From contig OZ223518.1 of the NCBI GenBank assembly GCA_965140785.1, positions 98,479 through 162,478 on the forward strand: a DNA stretch of 64,000 nt. Direction: 5' to 3'. Position 1 is the first letter of the stretch, and each line of letters begins with the position of its first letter. Source of the stretch: an uncultured Ruficoccus sp. (GTDB lineage Bacteria; Verrucomicrobiota; Verrucomicrobiia; Opitutales; Cerasicoccaceae). This document shows, in pieces, positions 1 to 10,539 of the stretch. The translations under genes and the position numbers were made by a program. The notes under the pieces were generated by a model. It did not search any database. It worked only from the letters and a program-made list of their open reading frames with translations, and was not told the DNA's origin.

Positions 1-182
1 CCTGACCCAATGCTCCGCTATGTGCTTTCTTTTCGCTCTTCCCGGTCTTCCTGTTAAATATTCTTTCCGACCGCGGGGTCCGATATGCCGGGCGAGCAGC
101 CCGGCATTGCCAGCAGTGGCAGAACCTGTTCTTTTTACTCAAAAGTTGGGAGAAAAAGTTTGTTATTTTGTGATATATTACT

Positions 183-1373
183 ATGTCTGAGAAGAAACAG
201 GTTCGGACAGTGGATATTCAGGGAGAATACGGGACCGTGACGGTGTCGGAGCGGGTGCTGCAAAAAATCTGGCAGCGCGGGGATTTTCGGCAGGAGCGGA
301 TGCGCACGGTGGAGGGGCAGAGCCTGGCCATCCGCCGGCGGGGGCGCTGGAACGACTTTGAGGGGCCGGATTTCCGGGAGGCGGAGCTGATGCTCGACGG
401 GCGCGTGCTGACCGGGGACGTGGAGGTGCATTTTTACCCGCAGGACTGGTTCCTGCATGGCCATGACCGTGACCCGCATTTTGACCGGGTGGCTTTGCAC
501 GTGTGCCTGTTTCCGGCGCTGCGATCAGGCAAGCCGGCGGTGACGGCGGGCGGACACTGGCCGCCGACGCTGGTCCTGCTGGACCGCCTGGAGCAGGACC
601 TGGAGAGTTACGCCTCGGACGAGGCCCTTCTGGCGCTGGAGCAGACCGAGCAACTGGCCGCGCTGGAGGTGGTCATGCAGGAGAGCCTGGAAAATCGGCT
701 GACGGACCTTCGTGAGCGGGCGGGACGGCGCTGGCGGCAGAAAGCGGCCTTCGCTCGGCGGCGGCTGGGCGAAATGGAGTGGGAGCAAGCCTGCCACCAG
801 ACCGCGCTGGAAGTGCTCGGCTACCGCCGCAACCGCGCCCCGATGGCGGAATTGGGGGAGCGGTATCCGTTGGCCCAGATGCGCGGTACGCCGGCGGTGG
901 CCCTTTATGAAGAAATGGCCGGACAGTGGGCATTGAGCGGGCTGCGTCCGCCCAACCACCCCCGCCGCCGTCTGGAGCAGTACCTGAGCCTGCTGGAGAA
1001 GCGGCCCGACTGGCCGCGGCGGCTGATTGCGTGGGGGCTGGAGAAAAACTTGCGGGTGGAGGCGGAGGCGCCGGGCGCGCAGGAACGCCGTCGGGGGCTG
1101 AGCGCGGCCCGTAAGGCGCTCGGGGCGGACGTGTTGGCCGGGACGGTGGGCGGCAGCCGCTTCGACACGCTGGTGGTGGACGCGCTGTTGCCGTTGCTGG
1201 CGGTCAAGACCGGGGCGGAGCTGTTCGGGGCGTGGTTTCACTGGTGGGCGGGAGACATGCCCGACACGCTGACGCGCTTCCTCAGGCAGGCGGAAATCAC
1301 CGGCCCGGCGCGTCCGGCGGCCAACGGCTGGTCCCAAGGGGGCTGGCAGTTGCTTTTGGAAAGCGGCTTGTAA
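183..1373 (+). CDS. DUF2851 family protein
   Basis: 396-aa ORF with motifs ERVLQKIW, GPDFREA, GDVEVH, W..HGH..DP.F..V.LHV, LGYRRN and RP.NHP.RRL. Confidence 0.8.
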   Translation: MSEKKQVRTVDIQGEYGTVTVSERVLQKIWQRGDFRQERMRTVEGQSLAIRRRGRWNDFEGPDFREAELMLDGRVLTGDVEVHFYPQDWFLHGHDRDPHFDRVALHVCLFPALRSGKPAVTAGGHWPPTLVLLDRLEQDLESYASDEALLALEQTEQLAALEVVMQESLENRLTDLRERAGRRWRQKAAFARRRLGEMEWEQACHQTALEVLGYRRNRAPMAELGERYPLAQMRGTPAVALYEEMAGQWALSGLRPPNHPRRRLEQYLSLLEKRPDWPRRLIAWGLEKNLRVEAEAPGAQERRRGLSAARKALGADVLAGTVGGSRFDTLVVDALLPLLAVKTGAELFGAWFHWWAGDMPDTLTRFLRQAEITGPARPAANGWSQGGWQLLLESGL

Positions 1374-1406
1374 TCGCGGGGTTTTGGGGAAACATTACCC
1401 TTACCC

Positions 1407-4400
1407 ATGAAACTGCTTAAATGGTTCCTTATTCTCTTTGCCGTCGGCCTCCTCATCGTGGTGGCAGGCGTTCTTTACGTTCTCAACAGCCCGGGCCTGC
1501 AAAAGTCGATCGTCCAGGGGGCGCTCGAAAAAAAGGTCGCGGTGCCCGAATTCGAGTATTTCAAGGCCGGGCTGAGCGAGGTGCAGATCAAGTCGCTGGC
1601 CATCGAAAAGGACGGCATGGTCGTCGGGCTGGACTCGCTTACGCTCAAGTATTCGTTCTGGGACTACGTCTTCGGCAAGGAAGTGCGGGTGGAGAATCTC
1701 GACGTGGAGGGCGTGGTGATCAATCTGCGCGGCCCGTCGGTGCCGATGGGACCGGGGCCGGTCATCCCGCAGAAAAGCAGTCCGAGCGAGGTTTCGCCGG
1801 GAACGGTGGCCCAGAAGCAAAAAGAGGCCCAGGCCAAAGAAAAAGAGGCCCAGGCCAAAGAAAAAGAGGACGAGCACGAGACGCCGGAGATGGAGCCCTT
1901 CGAGGGGATCTTTGCGCACGGGGTGCTGCCGTTTAAGCTGTATGTGGGCGAGGTTAACGTGAAGGCGCAGGTCCTGCTGCCCGACCAGCGCGAGGTCAAC
2001 GCCACGATCAGCGGCGGGGGCATCGAGCCCGGCGCCAGCGGCGAGATGACCTTTACCGTGACTTTCGACGACGAGATGCCGCAGGCGCAGCTCCAGCGCG
2101 CGCAGGTGGACGGGAAACTGACCCTGACGCAGAACGAAGAGGCCGCCATCACCCGCATCCTGCTCAAGGTAGATGTCGAGGGCGACAGCTCGGCGGTGGA
2201 AAACGCGCCCAAGCTGACCCTGACCGCCGATCTGGCCCAGCAGGCGGACAAGACCGAGACCTATCTGGTGACGATGGCCGAGGCCGACCAACCCGACGCG
2301 AAGCTGGTCAACCTCGACGCGACTTTTGATCCGGGCAAGGACCACCTTAAAGGGACACTCGTCCTGACCGCGACCGACGCGCAGGTGGCCGCGGTGGCTC
2401 CGCAGGACAAGCTCCCGGCCTTCGACCTGGACGGTGACGTGGACTTCGATGTGATTACGACCAGCGGTGAGGGCACCGTGGTGGCCAAGCTCAAGCTCGT
2501 GCTCGACCAGCTCACGCGGGTGCGCGAGGAGCTTTCCGGGCTCGGCCAGGTCACCCTGACGGCCAATCTGGAGACCGACAGCGCCGACGAGGTTATCACC
2601 CTCAAACGGGCCGACGCGGGGCTGGCCAGTGCCAACCAGGGCCAACTTCTGGTGCTCGAGATGCTGAAGCAGTTTTCTTTCAAGTGCGGCGAGGACGCCG
2701 ACATGCCCGCACTGACCGGCGATCTCGTCCGTCTGAGCCTCAACGCCCTGCCGCTGTCCCTGGTGGACCCGTGGCTGCCGGGGATCAAGCTCAGCGGCCA
2801 ACCGGTTTCTGCCCAGGTGCTGGTCAGCGGCGAGTCCGGGGGCGTTTACCGGATCACCCTGCCCAAAGGCCTGAATCTTTCCGACCTCTCGGTGGTCAAG
2901 GACGGCGAGCCCATGCTCGACGCGCTCAGCATCGCCGCCCAGCCGACGATCGTTTACCGCTCCGACGAGGTGACGGTCGATCTTCCCGGTCTGAAGCTCT
3001 CGCAGCGCGGGGTGCCGCTGGCCCAGGGGCAGGCGCACATCGTGGCCGACCCTTCCGGCAAGGAGCCCGAGGCCACGGTCAAGGCCGAGCTTTCCGGCGA
3101 TCTGGCGCAGGTGCTCAAGCAGCCGGCGCTGGCACGTTTTAACAATGTCGCCGCCGGGTCGTTCCAGGCCTCGGCCGACGTGGACTACGAGGACGGCGAG
3201 GGCGAGTTCACCCTCAAGGCGGCGCTGAGCAACCTGCTCGTGCGTCAGCCGATGAAGCAGGTCAGCCAGATGACGCTGGAGGCGACCGGCACGCTGTCCA
3301 AGCCGAATACCCTGGAGGTGTCGGCCCCGCTGGTGATCAAGACCTCCGAGGGCAACTCGGACCTCTCGCTCAAGGCGAAGCTGACCAAGCCCGCCGACGT
3401 GCAGCAGTTTGACGTCACGGTGACTGGCGATCAGCTCGACCTCGACGGGGTGCAGTTGCTGGCGGCGGCTTTTAAAAATCCCTCGGCCACGCCTCCCGCG
3501 CCTGCGCAGACGGGCGCTCCTTCGACCCGGCCAGCACCGGCAGGCTCGCCCTCCAGACCGGCTCCGACGACCGGGCCGCGTCCGGCTCCCGCAGGCCCGC
3601 AGGCCGACACGGTGCCGTTCTGGAACGGTTTCGCCGGGCAGGCATCGGCGAAAATTGGAAAAATCTACATGAAGCAGTACCGGCTCGACGACTCGACCTT
3701 CAAGCTCGTGTTGACGCAGGACAAGCTGACCGTCGATCCGCTTGCGGCCACCTTCGCGGGCGCGCCGCTGAAGGCCGACACTGTTATCACCTTCACGCCC
3801 GGGGCGAGCCCGTACGACATGAAGAGCACGCTGAAGTTCTCGCAGTTCGACGTGGGCAAGTTCCTTGTGCAGGAAAAGCCGGGTACGGCTCCGCCGCTGA
3901 GCGGGATGTTCGATGTCAGCGGGACGGCCACCGGCACCGGCCCGACGATGGACGCGCTCATGCAGAAGATTCAGGGCAAGTTCAATCTGGAGGGCAAGAA
4001 CGGCAGCCTGCGTGTGCTCGCCGCTGCCGGGCAGGAGGGCTTGGGGAATCTGGCCGGGGTCGGCCTGGGCCTCGCCTCGATGTTCCAGAAGAACCAGCGC
4101 ACCGGCGTGCAGACCGCCCAGCGCCTGATCCAGACCTTACAGGAGATCCAGTACGACCGCTTCGCCATCGTGGCCGACCGGGGCCAGAACCTCGATATCA
4201 ACCTGAGCGAGCTGGCTATGAGCGGCCCGGAGATTCGCATGAACGGCACCGGCAAGGTCACCTACGCGGCGGGTACCCCGCTGCCGGAGCAGGCCCTCTC
4301 CGGGCAGGTGCAGCTCTCCGCTAAGGGCGATGCGGCCCGCCTCTTCTCCGACCTGCGGATGCTCTCCTCCAGCACGCCCGACGCGGACGGCTTTTACCCG

Positions 4401-4646
4401 GCCTTGTCCTTCCCGCTCAAGGGCACCCTGTCCAAGCCGGACTTCTCCGAGCTCTTGCAGAAGCTCATGAGCGCCGCAGTGGCGACCTATGAGCAGAGCG
4501 ACGAGGGGCGGATGCAAAAGACCGACGGGCAGGGCACCGGCGAGAGCACGGACGGGCAGAGCGATTCCCAGCAGGGCAACAACTCCACCAATAATGCCCA
4601 GGACGCCGTTCGCGGCTTGCTCAATAACCTCCTGAATGGTAACTAG
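1407..4646 (+). CDS. AsmA-like large envelope protein
   Basis: 1079 aa; N-terminal TM anchor, long beta-rich body, Pro-rich linker, C-terminal LKGTLSKPD motif. Confidence 0.65.
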   Translation: MKLLKWFLILFAVGLLIVVAGVLYVLNSPGLQKSIVQGALEKKVAVPEFEYFKAGLSEVQIKSLAIEKDGMVVGLDSLTLKYSFWDYVFGKEVRVENLDVEGVVINLRGPSVPMGPGPVIPQKSSPSEVSPGTVAQKQKEAQAKEKEAQAKEKEDEHETPEMEPFEGIFAHGVLPFKLYVGEVNVKAQVLLPDQREVNATISGGGIEPGASGEMTFTVTFDDEMPQAQLQRAQVDGKLTLTQNEEAAITRILLKVDVEGDSSAVENAPKLTLTADLAQQADKTETYLVTMAEADQPDAKLVNLDATFDPGKDHLKGTLVLTATDAQVAAVAPQDKLPAFDLDGDVDFDVITTSGEGTVVAKLKLVLDQLTRVREELSGLGQVTLTANLETDSADEVITLKRADAGLASANQGQLLVLEMLKQFSFKCGEDADMPALTGDLVRLSLNALPLSLVDPWLPGIKLSGQPVSAQVLVSGESGGVYRITLPKGLNLSDLSVVKDGEPMLDALSIAAQPTIVYRSDEVTVDLPGLKLSQRGVPLAQGQAHIVADPSGKEPEATVKAELSGDLAQVLKQPALARFNNVAAGSFQASADVDYEDGEGEFTLKAALSNLLVRQPMKQVSQMTLEATGTLSKPNTLEVSAPLVIKTSEGNSDLSLKAKLTKPADVQQFDVTVTGDQLDLDGVQLLAAAFKNPSATPPAPAQTGAPSTRPAPAGSPSRPAPTTGPRPAPAGPQADTVPFWNGFAGQASAKIGKIYMKQYRLDDSTFKLVLTQDKLTVDPLAATFAGAPLKADTVITFTPGASPYDMKSTLKFSQFDVGKFLVQEKPGTAPPLSGMFDVSGTATGTGPTMDALMQKIQGKFNLEGKNGSLRVLAAAGQEGLGNLAGVGLGLASMFQKNQRTGVQTAQRLIQTLQEIQYDRFAIVADRGQNLDINLSELAMSGPEIRMNGTGKVTYAAGTPLPEQALSGQVQLSAKGDAARLFSDLRMLSSSTPDADGFYPALSFPLKGTLSKPDFSELLQKLMSAAVATYEQSDEGRMQKTDGQGTGESTDGQSDSQQGNNSTNNAQDAVRGLLNNLLNGN

Positions 4647-4658
4647 GGAGGCTTTTCC

Positions 4659-5960
4659 ATGGCCAGTCCCAGTTCACAGATGGAACCGCGGATGTCTGTC
4701 ACTCAGGCATCGGCGCCGTTCCATATCATGACGAAGCCCATGGGGCCGCTGTGCAACCTGGACTGCCAATACTGCTTCTATCTTGAAAAAGAGGGGCTGT
4801 TCCCCAGTAACGAGCGGTTCAAGATGCCGCCCGAGCTGCTGGAGGCCTACATCCGCGACTACATCGCGGCCCAGCCGGGCCAGACGGTGTCCTTCGCCTG
4901 GCAGGGCGGGGAGCCGACGCTGGCCGGGGTGGGCTTCTTCCGCAAAGTGGTCGAGCTGCAAAAAAAGTACGCCGCCGGTCGCCAGATCGAGAACGCCCTT
5001 CAGACCAACGGCACCCTGCTCAATGACGAGTGGTGCGAGTTCCTGGCCGGGGAGGGCTTTCTGGTCGGGATCAGCATCGACGGGCCCGAGCGCCTGCACG
5101 ACGCCGGGCGCGTGGACAAGCAGGGCCGCTCCAGCTACCGCCAGGTCATCCGCGGGATCGAAATGGCCCGCAAGCACAAGGTCGAGTTCAACACCCTGAC
5201 CGTGGTCAGCAGCTCCAACGTGGGCGAACCGCTGGAGGTGTACAAGTTTCTGCGCAACATCGGCTCGACCTACATCCAGTTCATCCCGCTGGTCGAGCGT
5301 GCCGCCGACGAGGCCTCGGCCGAGCTTGGGCTCAGCCTGGGTATGCCGCCGGACTTCGACAACCCTCCGCCCGGCCCGGCCAAGCCGATCGTGACGAAGT
5401 GGACGGTCGATTCGCGCGGATGGGGCGAGTTCCTGTGCAAGATTTTTGACCGCTGGGTCACCCGCGACGTGGGCCGCACCTTCGTGCAGCAGTTCGATGT
5501 CTCGCTGGGCAAGTGGCTGGGCATGCCGGGCGGCACCTGCGTGCTGGCCGAGACCTGTGGCAAGGCCTTTGCCCTGGAGCACAACGGCGACCTGTACGCC
5601 TGCGACCACTACGTCTATCCGCGCTATAAGCTGGGCAACATCCTCAACGCCTCCATCGCCGAGATGGCCGACAGTGCCGAGGCGCTCAAGTTCGGCAACG
5701 ATAAGCGCGACAAGCTGCCGCAGTATTGCCGGGAGTGTGAGGTACGCTTCGCCTGCAACGGCGACTGCCCCAAGCACCGCTTTGCCTGGACACCGGACGG
5801 GGAGTTCGGCCTCAGCCACCTGTGCGCCGGCTACAAGCTCTTCTTCAACCACATCGACCCGGTGATGAAGGTCATGGCCGACCTCTACCGCCAGCGCCGC
5901 CCGGTCTCGGACATCATGCAGGTGGTGAAGAAACAGCCCGGTTTGTTGAAGAAGATTTAA
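4659..5960 (+). CDS. Anaerobic sulfatase maturase (radical SAM, SPASM domain)
   Basis: CNLDCQYC motif, FAWQGGEPTL, QTNGTLL, YACDHYV and C-terminal CRECEVRFACNGDCPKHR. Confidence 0.95.
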   Translation: MASPSSQMEPRMSVTQASAPFHIMTKPMGPLCNLDCQYCFYLEKEGLFPSNERFKMPPELLEAYIRDYIAAQPGQTVSFAWQGGEPTLAGVGFFRKVVELQKKYAAGRQIENALQTNGTLLNDEWCEFLAGEGFLVGISIDGPERLHDAGRVDKQGRSSYRQVIRGIEMARKHKVEFNTLTVVSSSNVGEPLEVYKFLRNIGSTYIQFIPLVERAADEASAELGLSLGMPPDFDNPPPGPAKPIVTKWTVDSRGWGEFLCKIFDRWVTRDVGRTFVQQFDVSLGKWLGMPGGTCVLAETCGKAFALEHNGDLYACDHYVYPRYKLGNILNASIAEMADSAEALKFGNDKRDKLPQYCRECEVRFACNGDCPKHRFAWTPDGEFGLSHLCAGYKLFFNHIDPVMKVMADLYRQRRPVSDIMQVVKKQPGLLKKI

Positions 5961-5975
5961 GGGCTTAAAAAGGGA

Positions 5976-6285
5976 TTTAACAGGCAGGCCGGGAAGAGGC
6001 GGGAACTGCCCTTGGGCGTGTTGTCAAAATCCCCCTTCCGTGTGCCTGAGAGTTGTCATCCTGAGCAGCCTTGCTGAGAAGCCAAAACAATCTCTGCCTA
6101 TAGACTCATTCTTTTTTAGAAGTGGTATTACTCAGGATGACAACAGAGAGAGAACGATGGCGGATAATGCTGTTGCGCATCATCGTTAAACCACGTCGTA
6201 ACCGGCTGGGGCTTCTCTATATCCGCCGCCAGACTCCAACGTTGCGGTTTGAGCCTTCCTTCCGCTCTTCCCGGCCTTCCTGTTA
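5976..6285. repeat. Inverted 9-bp-period arms (AACAGGAAGG type) enclosing ~250 bp
   Basis: Arms at 5976-6005 and 6260-6285; related arms at 30-58, 29836-29918 and 43284-43363. Confidence 0.75.
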
Positions 6286-6297
6286 TAAGGCTTAGAC

Positions 6298-6933
6298 TTA
6301 ATTCTGCGAGGGACCGTGCGAGATGTTGGTGTTGCTCTTGACGGTGGGGGGGCTTTTGTCCTCGTCTTTCTGGAGCACGGGCTGGCCGCTGACGGTGCCC
6401 GTCTTGAGCATCATAAAGCCGTCGTTTTGCAGTTCCTGGTAGCGGTTTTTCCAGTTCTCCAGCGTGTCGGCATGCGCCTTGCCGTAGGGCAGGTTGGCGA
6501 TGGCATGGCACAGGTCCGAACAGTAGCCCAGGGACTGGAGCTGGGAGTAAACCATGATCACGCGCAGGTCCGCATCGGTCTCGAAGAGCAGTTCGCCGGT
6601 CGTTTCGGAGGAGGCTTGGGCGCGGGCCTTGACCTCTGCCGGAGGCAGGGAAAGGTTTTTCAGGTTCGTGACAGAGCCGTCCTGCTTCCAGGCTTCGAGC
6701 TGCGTGGTGACGGCTTTGTTGAAGGCGGCGATCTCCTTGACCCAGTCCGCAATTTCCTTCCCCGGTGTCTTGATCCACAGGAGCTTGTCCACATCCTGCT
6801 CCTGGCTGCTCACGTTGTAGAGAAGCGCGAAGCCCTCGGGCTGTTGGCCGGGCAAGGTGGTCGGCTGCTTTTTCTCGCAGCAACCGGAAAGGATGAAAAG
6901 GCTGGTGAGCAATAAGATCGAGGCGGATTTCAT
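6298..6933 (-). CDS. Putative lipoprotein, all-helical (ferritin/DUF4142-like, tentative)
   Basis: MKSASILLLTSLFILSGC lipobox followed by amphipathic helices; start chosen at MKSAS. Confidence 0.6.
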   Translation of the reverse strand: MKSASILLLTSLFILSGCCEKKQPTTLPGQQPEGFALLYNVSSQEQDVDKLLWIKTPGKEIADWVKEIAAFNKAVTTQLEAWKQDGSVTNLKNLSLPPAEVKARAQASSETTGELLFETDADLRVIMVYSQLQSLGYCSDLCHAIANLPYGKAHADTLENWKNRYQELQNDGFMMLKTGTVSGQPVLQKDEDKSPPTVKSNTNISHGPSQN

Positions 6934-6993
6934 ATCAGGAATGCTAACCGGGGTTTGCACGATGACCAGAAATAAGTTTATTCCTAATCGCCC

Positions 6994-8016
6994 ATGTCCG
7001 AGTCATCCAAGTCCTGTTGCGCCCCCTCGGCCGCATCCGCTCCTGAATTACCCAACGTCAGCCTCCCGCTGGGTGATGGCTGTCGCACCGGGCAGGTCCC
7101 CGGTGCCGGGACCGCGGTCGAAACCATTCGTGAGGCCCGTGACGGCTCCACCGAGGGGATGATAAAGCTGCCGGGCGGCACCTTCTGGATGGGCAACGAG
7201 GATGCGGACGCCTGGCCCGAGGACGGCGAAGGGCCCGTGCGTGAGGTGACGGTCAGTCCCTTCTGGCTCGACATCACCGCCGTGACCAACGCGCAGTTCG
7301 CGGCCTTCGTCGAGGCCACCGGTTACAAGACCGAGTCGGAGCAGTACGGCTGGTCGTACGTTTTTGCCGGGCAACTACCGGCCTCGCGCCAGCGCAAGCT
7401 CAAGGCGCAGACCGTGCAGGGGCTCCAGTGGTGGGTGGCGGTCGAGGGTGCCTGCTGGCGCAAGCCCGAGGGTTCGGGCTCGAATATAAAAAAACGGCTC
7501 GACCACCCGGTCGTTCATGTCTCCTGGAACGACGCCACCGCCTATTGCCAGTGGGCGGGGAAGCGCCTCCCCACCGAGGCCGAGTGGGAGTACGCCGCCC
7601 GCGGCGGGCTCGACCGCAAGAAGTACTGCTGGGGCGACGATCTGACCCCGGACGGCAAGCACCGTTGCAACATCTGGCAGGGCACTTTCCCGGACAAAAA
7701 CACCGCCGATGACGGCTACGCCTGGACCGCTCCGGCCAAGTCCTTTCGTGCCAACGGCTACGGCTTTTACAACATGGCGGGCAACATCTGGGAGTGGGTG
7801 GGGGACTGGTTCGACCCGCACTGGCACGCCCCCGCCCGGCCCGACACCCGAGAAAATCCCCGCGGCCCCCTCTCCGGCACGAACAAAGTCATGCGCGGCG
7901 GCTCCTTCCTCTGCCACGAGAGCTACTGCAACCGCTACCGCGTCGGCGCCCGCACCTCCAACGGCCCCGACACCGGCACCACCAACTGCGGCTTTCGCTG
8001 CGCGCGGGACGTGTAG
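6994..8016 (+). CDS. Formylglycine-generating enzyme (SUMF1/FGE)
   Basis: HPVVHVSWNDA, RLPTEAEWEYAARGG, catalytic RGGSFLCHESYCNRYR and GFRCA. Confidence 0.93.
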   Translation: MSESSKSCCAPSAASAPELPNVSLPLGDGCRTGQVPGAGTAVETIREARDGSTEGMIKLPGGTFWMGNEDADAWPEDGEGPVREVTVSPFWLDITAVTNAQFAAFVEATGYKTESEQYGWSYVFAGQLPASRQRKLKAQTVQGLQWWVAVEGACWRKPEGSGSNIKKRLDHPVVHVSWNDATAYCQWAGKRLPTEAEWEYAARGGLDRKKYCWGDDLTPDGKHRCNIWQGTFPDKNTADDGYAWTAPAKSFRANGYGFYNMAGNIWEWVGDWFDPHWHAPARPDTRENPRGPLSGTNKVMRGGSFLCHESYCNRYRVGARTSNGPDTGTTNCGFRCARDV

Positions 8017-8065
8017 TGGGGGAGTGGATACGTTTTTTTCTGGGCTTGTGCCGCCCAGACCCGCC

Positions 8066-8131
8066 CCGGGTTGCACCCGGTGGCACTGAGGGGAAAAAAT
8101 TCTCCTACGCGGCCAGAAAGGCCGCTAGCCC
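8066..8131 (-). repeat. GTAG-type REP module (degenerate)
   Basis: CGGGTTGCACCCGG hairpin plus CTACGCGGCCAGAAAGGCCGCTA. Confidence 0.75.
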
Positions 8132-8340
8132 TGATCGCTGATGGCCAAGTATCAAAACTGGGTCGCCATCTTGGGGAGACGTCGCCGCATGTGCTCGGCG
8201 TGAAAACTGGTGGGGCGAATCCTGTGTCAGGAGAGACGACAAAGTCGGTCCAACGTTTGGGCGTAGCCCGGACGTTGGACCGGGGGTGCAGGCTTTGCTT
8301 GCCGCAGGGTTTGGGGGCGCGGAGCCCCCAAGAACCAAAA

Positions 8341-9818
8341 TTACCCCAGCACCTTGGCGAGCATCTCCTGGATTTTACGGGGGTCGGCTTTGCCCTGGGT
8401 GGCTTTCATGATGGGGCCGATGAGGGAGTTGATGGCTTTCTTGTTGCCTTCTTTGTATTGCGAGATGGCCTTCTCGTGTTTGGGATCGGCGGCAACTTCG
8501 CGCACGATGCCTTCGAGTTCGTCGTCGTTGTCTTCGGTTTGCAGGCCCTTTTCCTCGACGATGGCGGCGGGCATTTTGCCGGAGGCGTACATCTCGCTAA
8601 AGACATCCTTACCGATCTGTTTGGTGATGACGCCGTCCCTCGATCAATAGGGTAAGCTCGGCGATATGGGCGGGGCGTGAGCTTGCACTCGCCCAGCGGG
8701 CAGGCGCCCCTCCTCGTCGCCACCGGAGAGCTCGCGCAGCAGGTCGTTGGCGATGAGGTTGGCCACGGCCTTGGGGGCGACTTTGCCGCCGGTGTCTTCG
8801 AGGGCTTCCTCGAAAAAGTCGGCCAGCTCCTTGTCCGGGCACAGCACGGAGGTGAGCGTGTAGGGCAGGTCCATCTGGTCCATGAAGCGCCGTTGCCGGT
8901 CAAAGGGCAGTTCGGGCAATTCTTTGGCGAGAAGCATCGAGCTGCTTCTGCGCCGATGGTGACGGGCATGAGGTCGGGCTCGGGGAAATAGCGGTAGTCG
9001 TGGGACTCCTCCTTGTCACGCATCTTGGTCGTGACCTGTGCGTGCTCGGGTCCCAGCGGCGCGTTTGCTGGTAAATGGTTTCGCCGGAAGTGACGGCGTG
9101 GATCTGGCGCTTAATCTCGTAGGCGACAGCGTTGCGTACGCCCGAGATGGTGTTCATGTTCTTGAGTTCGACTTTGACACCGAGTTCTTCCTGGCCCTTG
9201 GGACGGACGGAAATGTTGGCGTCGCAGCGCATCTGGCCCTTTTCCATGTCGCAGTCGGAGAGTCCGGCGGCGAGGATGTTGTTGCGCAGTGCGGTGAGGA
9301 AGGCGAAGACCTCGTCGGCGTTGTGCATGTCGGGCTCGGTCACGATCTCGCAAAGCGGGCGCACCGGCGCGGTTGTAGTCCACGAGGCTGTCGTTGGCGA
9401 AGTGGGTGAGCTTGCCCACGTCCTCCTCCAGGTGAATGCGCGTCAGCTCGACCATGCGGTGGTCGCCCATGACATTACGCGAAGCCCCGAGCATCTCGAT
9501 CTCGACCTCACCGCCTTCGCAGATGGGCTGGTCATACTGGGAGAGCTGGTAATTCTTCGGGCTGTCCGGATAGAAGTAGTTTTTGCGGTCCCACTTACAG
9601 CGCTCGGCGATCTTGCACTTGCACAGCAGGCCGAGCAGGACGGTCTTGCGGACGGCTTCCTTGTTCATGACCGGGAGCACGCCGGGCAGGGCGAGCACGA
9701 CGGGGTCGGTCAGGGTGTTCGGCTCGGCCCCGTAGTGGTACGGCGCGCGGGTGAACATTTTTGATTTCGTTTTGAGCTGGACGTGGACTTCCAGCCCGAT
9801 GTCTGCGGTGAATTCCAT
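8341..9818 (-). CDS. gatB: Asp/Glu-tRNA amidotransferase subunit B (split by several indels)
   Basis: [54 protein letters not shown] and [10 protein letters not shown] spread over several frames. Confidence 0.95.
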
Positions 9819-9867
9819 GATGTAGAAAAGTGGTTAAACCACAGAGGGCACAGAGTGCACAGAGGGT

Positions 9868-10183
9868 TTATGAGGTGTGGCTGTTGTGATTCTCGTTATT
9901 ATCTCTTCCAAAAGGGTTGGGTAGGTAATCATATATGTGTGCAGCCTCTACTAAGTGTGGCGTTGCGTGGTAAAGGATTGATGAAACAATTTCAGTGGCC
10001 TCTTGATTTGAATATGACTTGGGGTTGCTATATAGGAGGTAAAGCTTTTCTAGATCATCAATCCAATCGGTCATGTGGAAAAAAAAAGTCCGACTTTTTC
10101 TGATGTGTTGGTGTTTCTTTTGCTCCTCGATACACTTCACCTAGCAGATTGAGAATGTCGTCTTTGTTATCCTGTAATTTCAT
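9868..10183 (-). CDS. Hypothetical protein (AT-rich; one frameshift in A9 run at 10079-10087)
   Basis: ATG at 10183 overlaps the upstream TGA (ATGA); removing one base gives MKLQDNKDDILNLLGEVY...DFFFHMTDWIDDLEKL...HATPHLVEAA. Confidence 0.6.
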
Positions 10184-10539
10184 CTGATTATTTTGCCATT
10201 AAACCTGTTTGTTTGTTTGTTTGTTCTTTCTTCAGTGTTTGTGTTCATCCATTTCGGAGGCTTGAACTCAACTTTACCCTTATTTCTCTTGATAACTTTA
10301 GTGAGCCGTGTGCCACAAAAAGGGCAATATTGAATAGCCTGACTCCCTCTAAGAGTTAGATTATAGCTAGGCACTTTCAACTCTCCTTTGTCTATCGCGT
10401 TTTCTGTGCCAACGTCCACTGCTCGAAATTCTACAATAAAATAAGCACGACCAGCGTCGATCTCCTCTCCACGAATGGAAAAGCCACGTTGATCGGGCAT
10501 ATCATGCCATTGTTTAAACCGTTCGCAACAAGCCTTCAT
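10180..10539 (-). CDS. Hypothetical Cys-motif protein (CC ... CPFCG), AT-rich
   Basis: 119-aa ORF with N-terminal CC and IQYCPFCGTRL; possible zinc ligand set. Confidence 0.65.
   Translation of the reverse strand: MKACCERFKQWHDMPDQRGFSIRGEEIDAGRAYFIVEFRAVDVGTENAIDKGELKVPSYNLTLRGSQAIQYCPFCGTRLTKVIKRNKGKVEFKPPKWMNTNTEERTNKQTNRFNGKIIR

Noticed and set aside
1401..3038. Long antisense or alternate-frame ORFs (also 24057-26102, 45995-47518, 49480-51006 and many others)
   Set aside because: These are shadows of real high-GC genes with no recognisable motifs.
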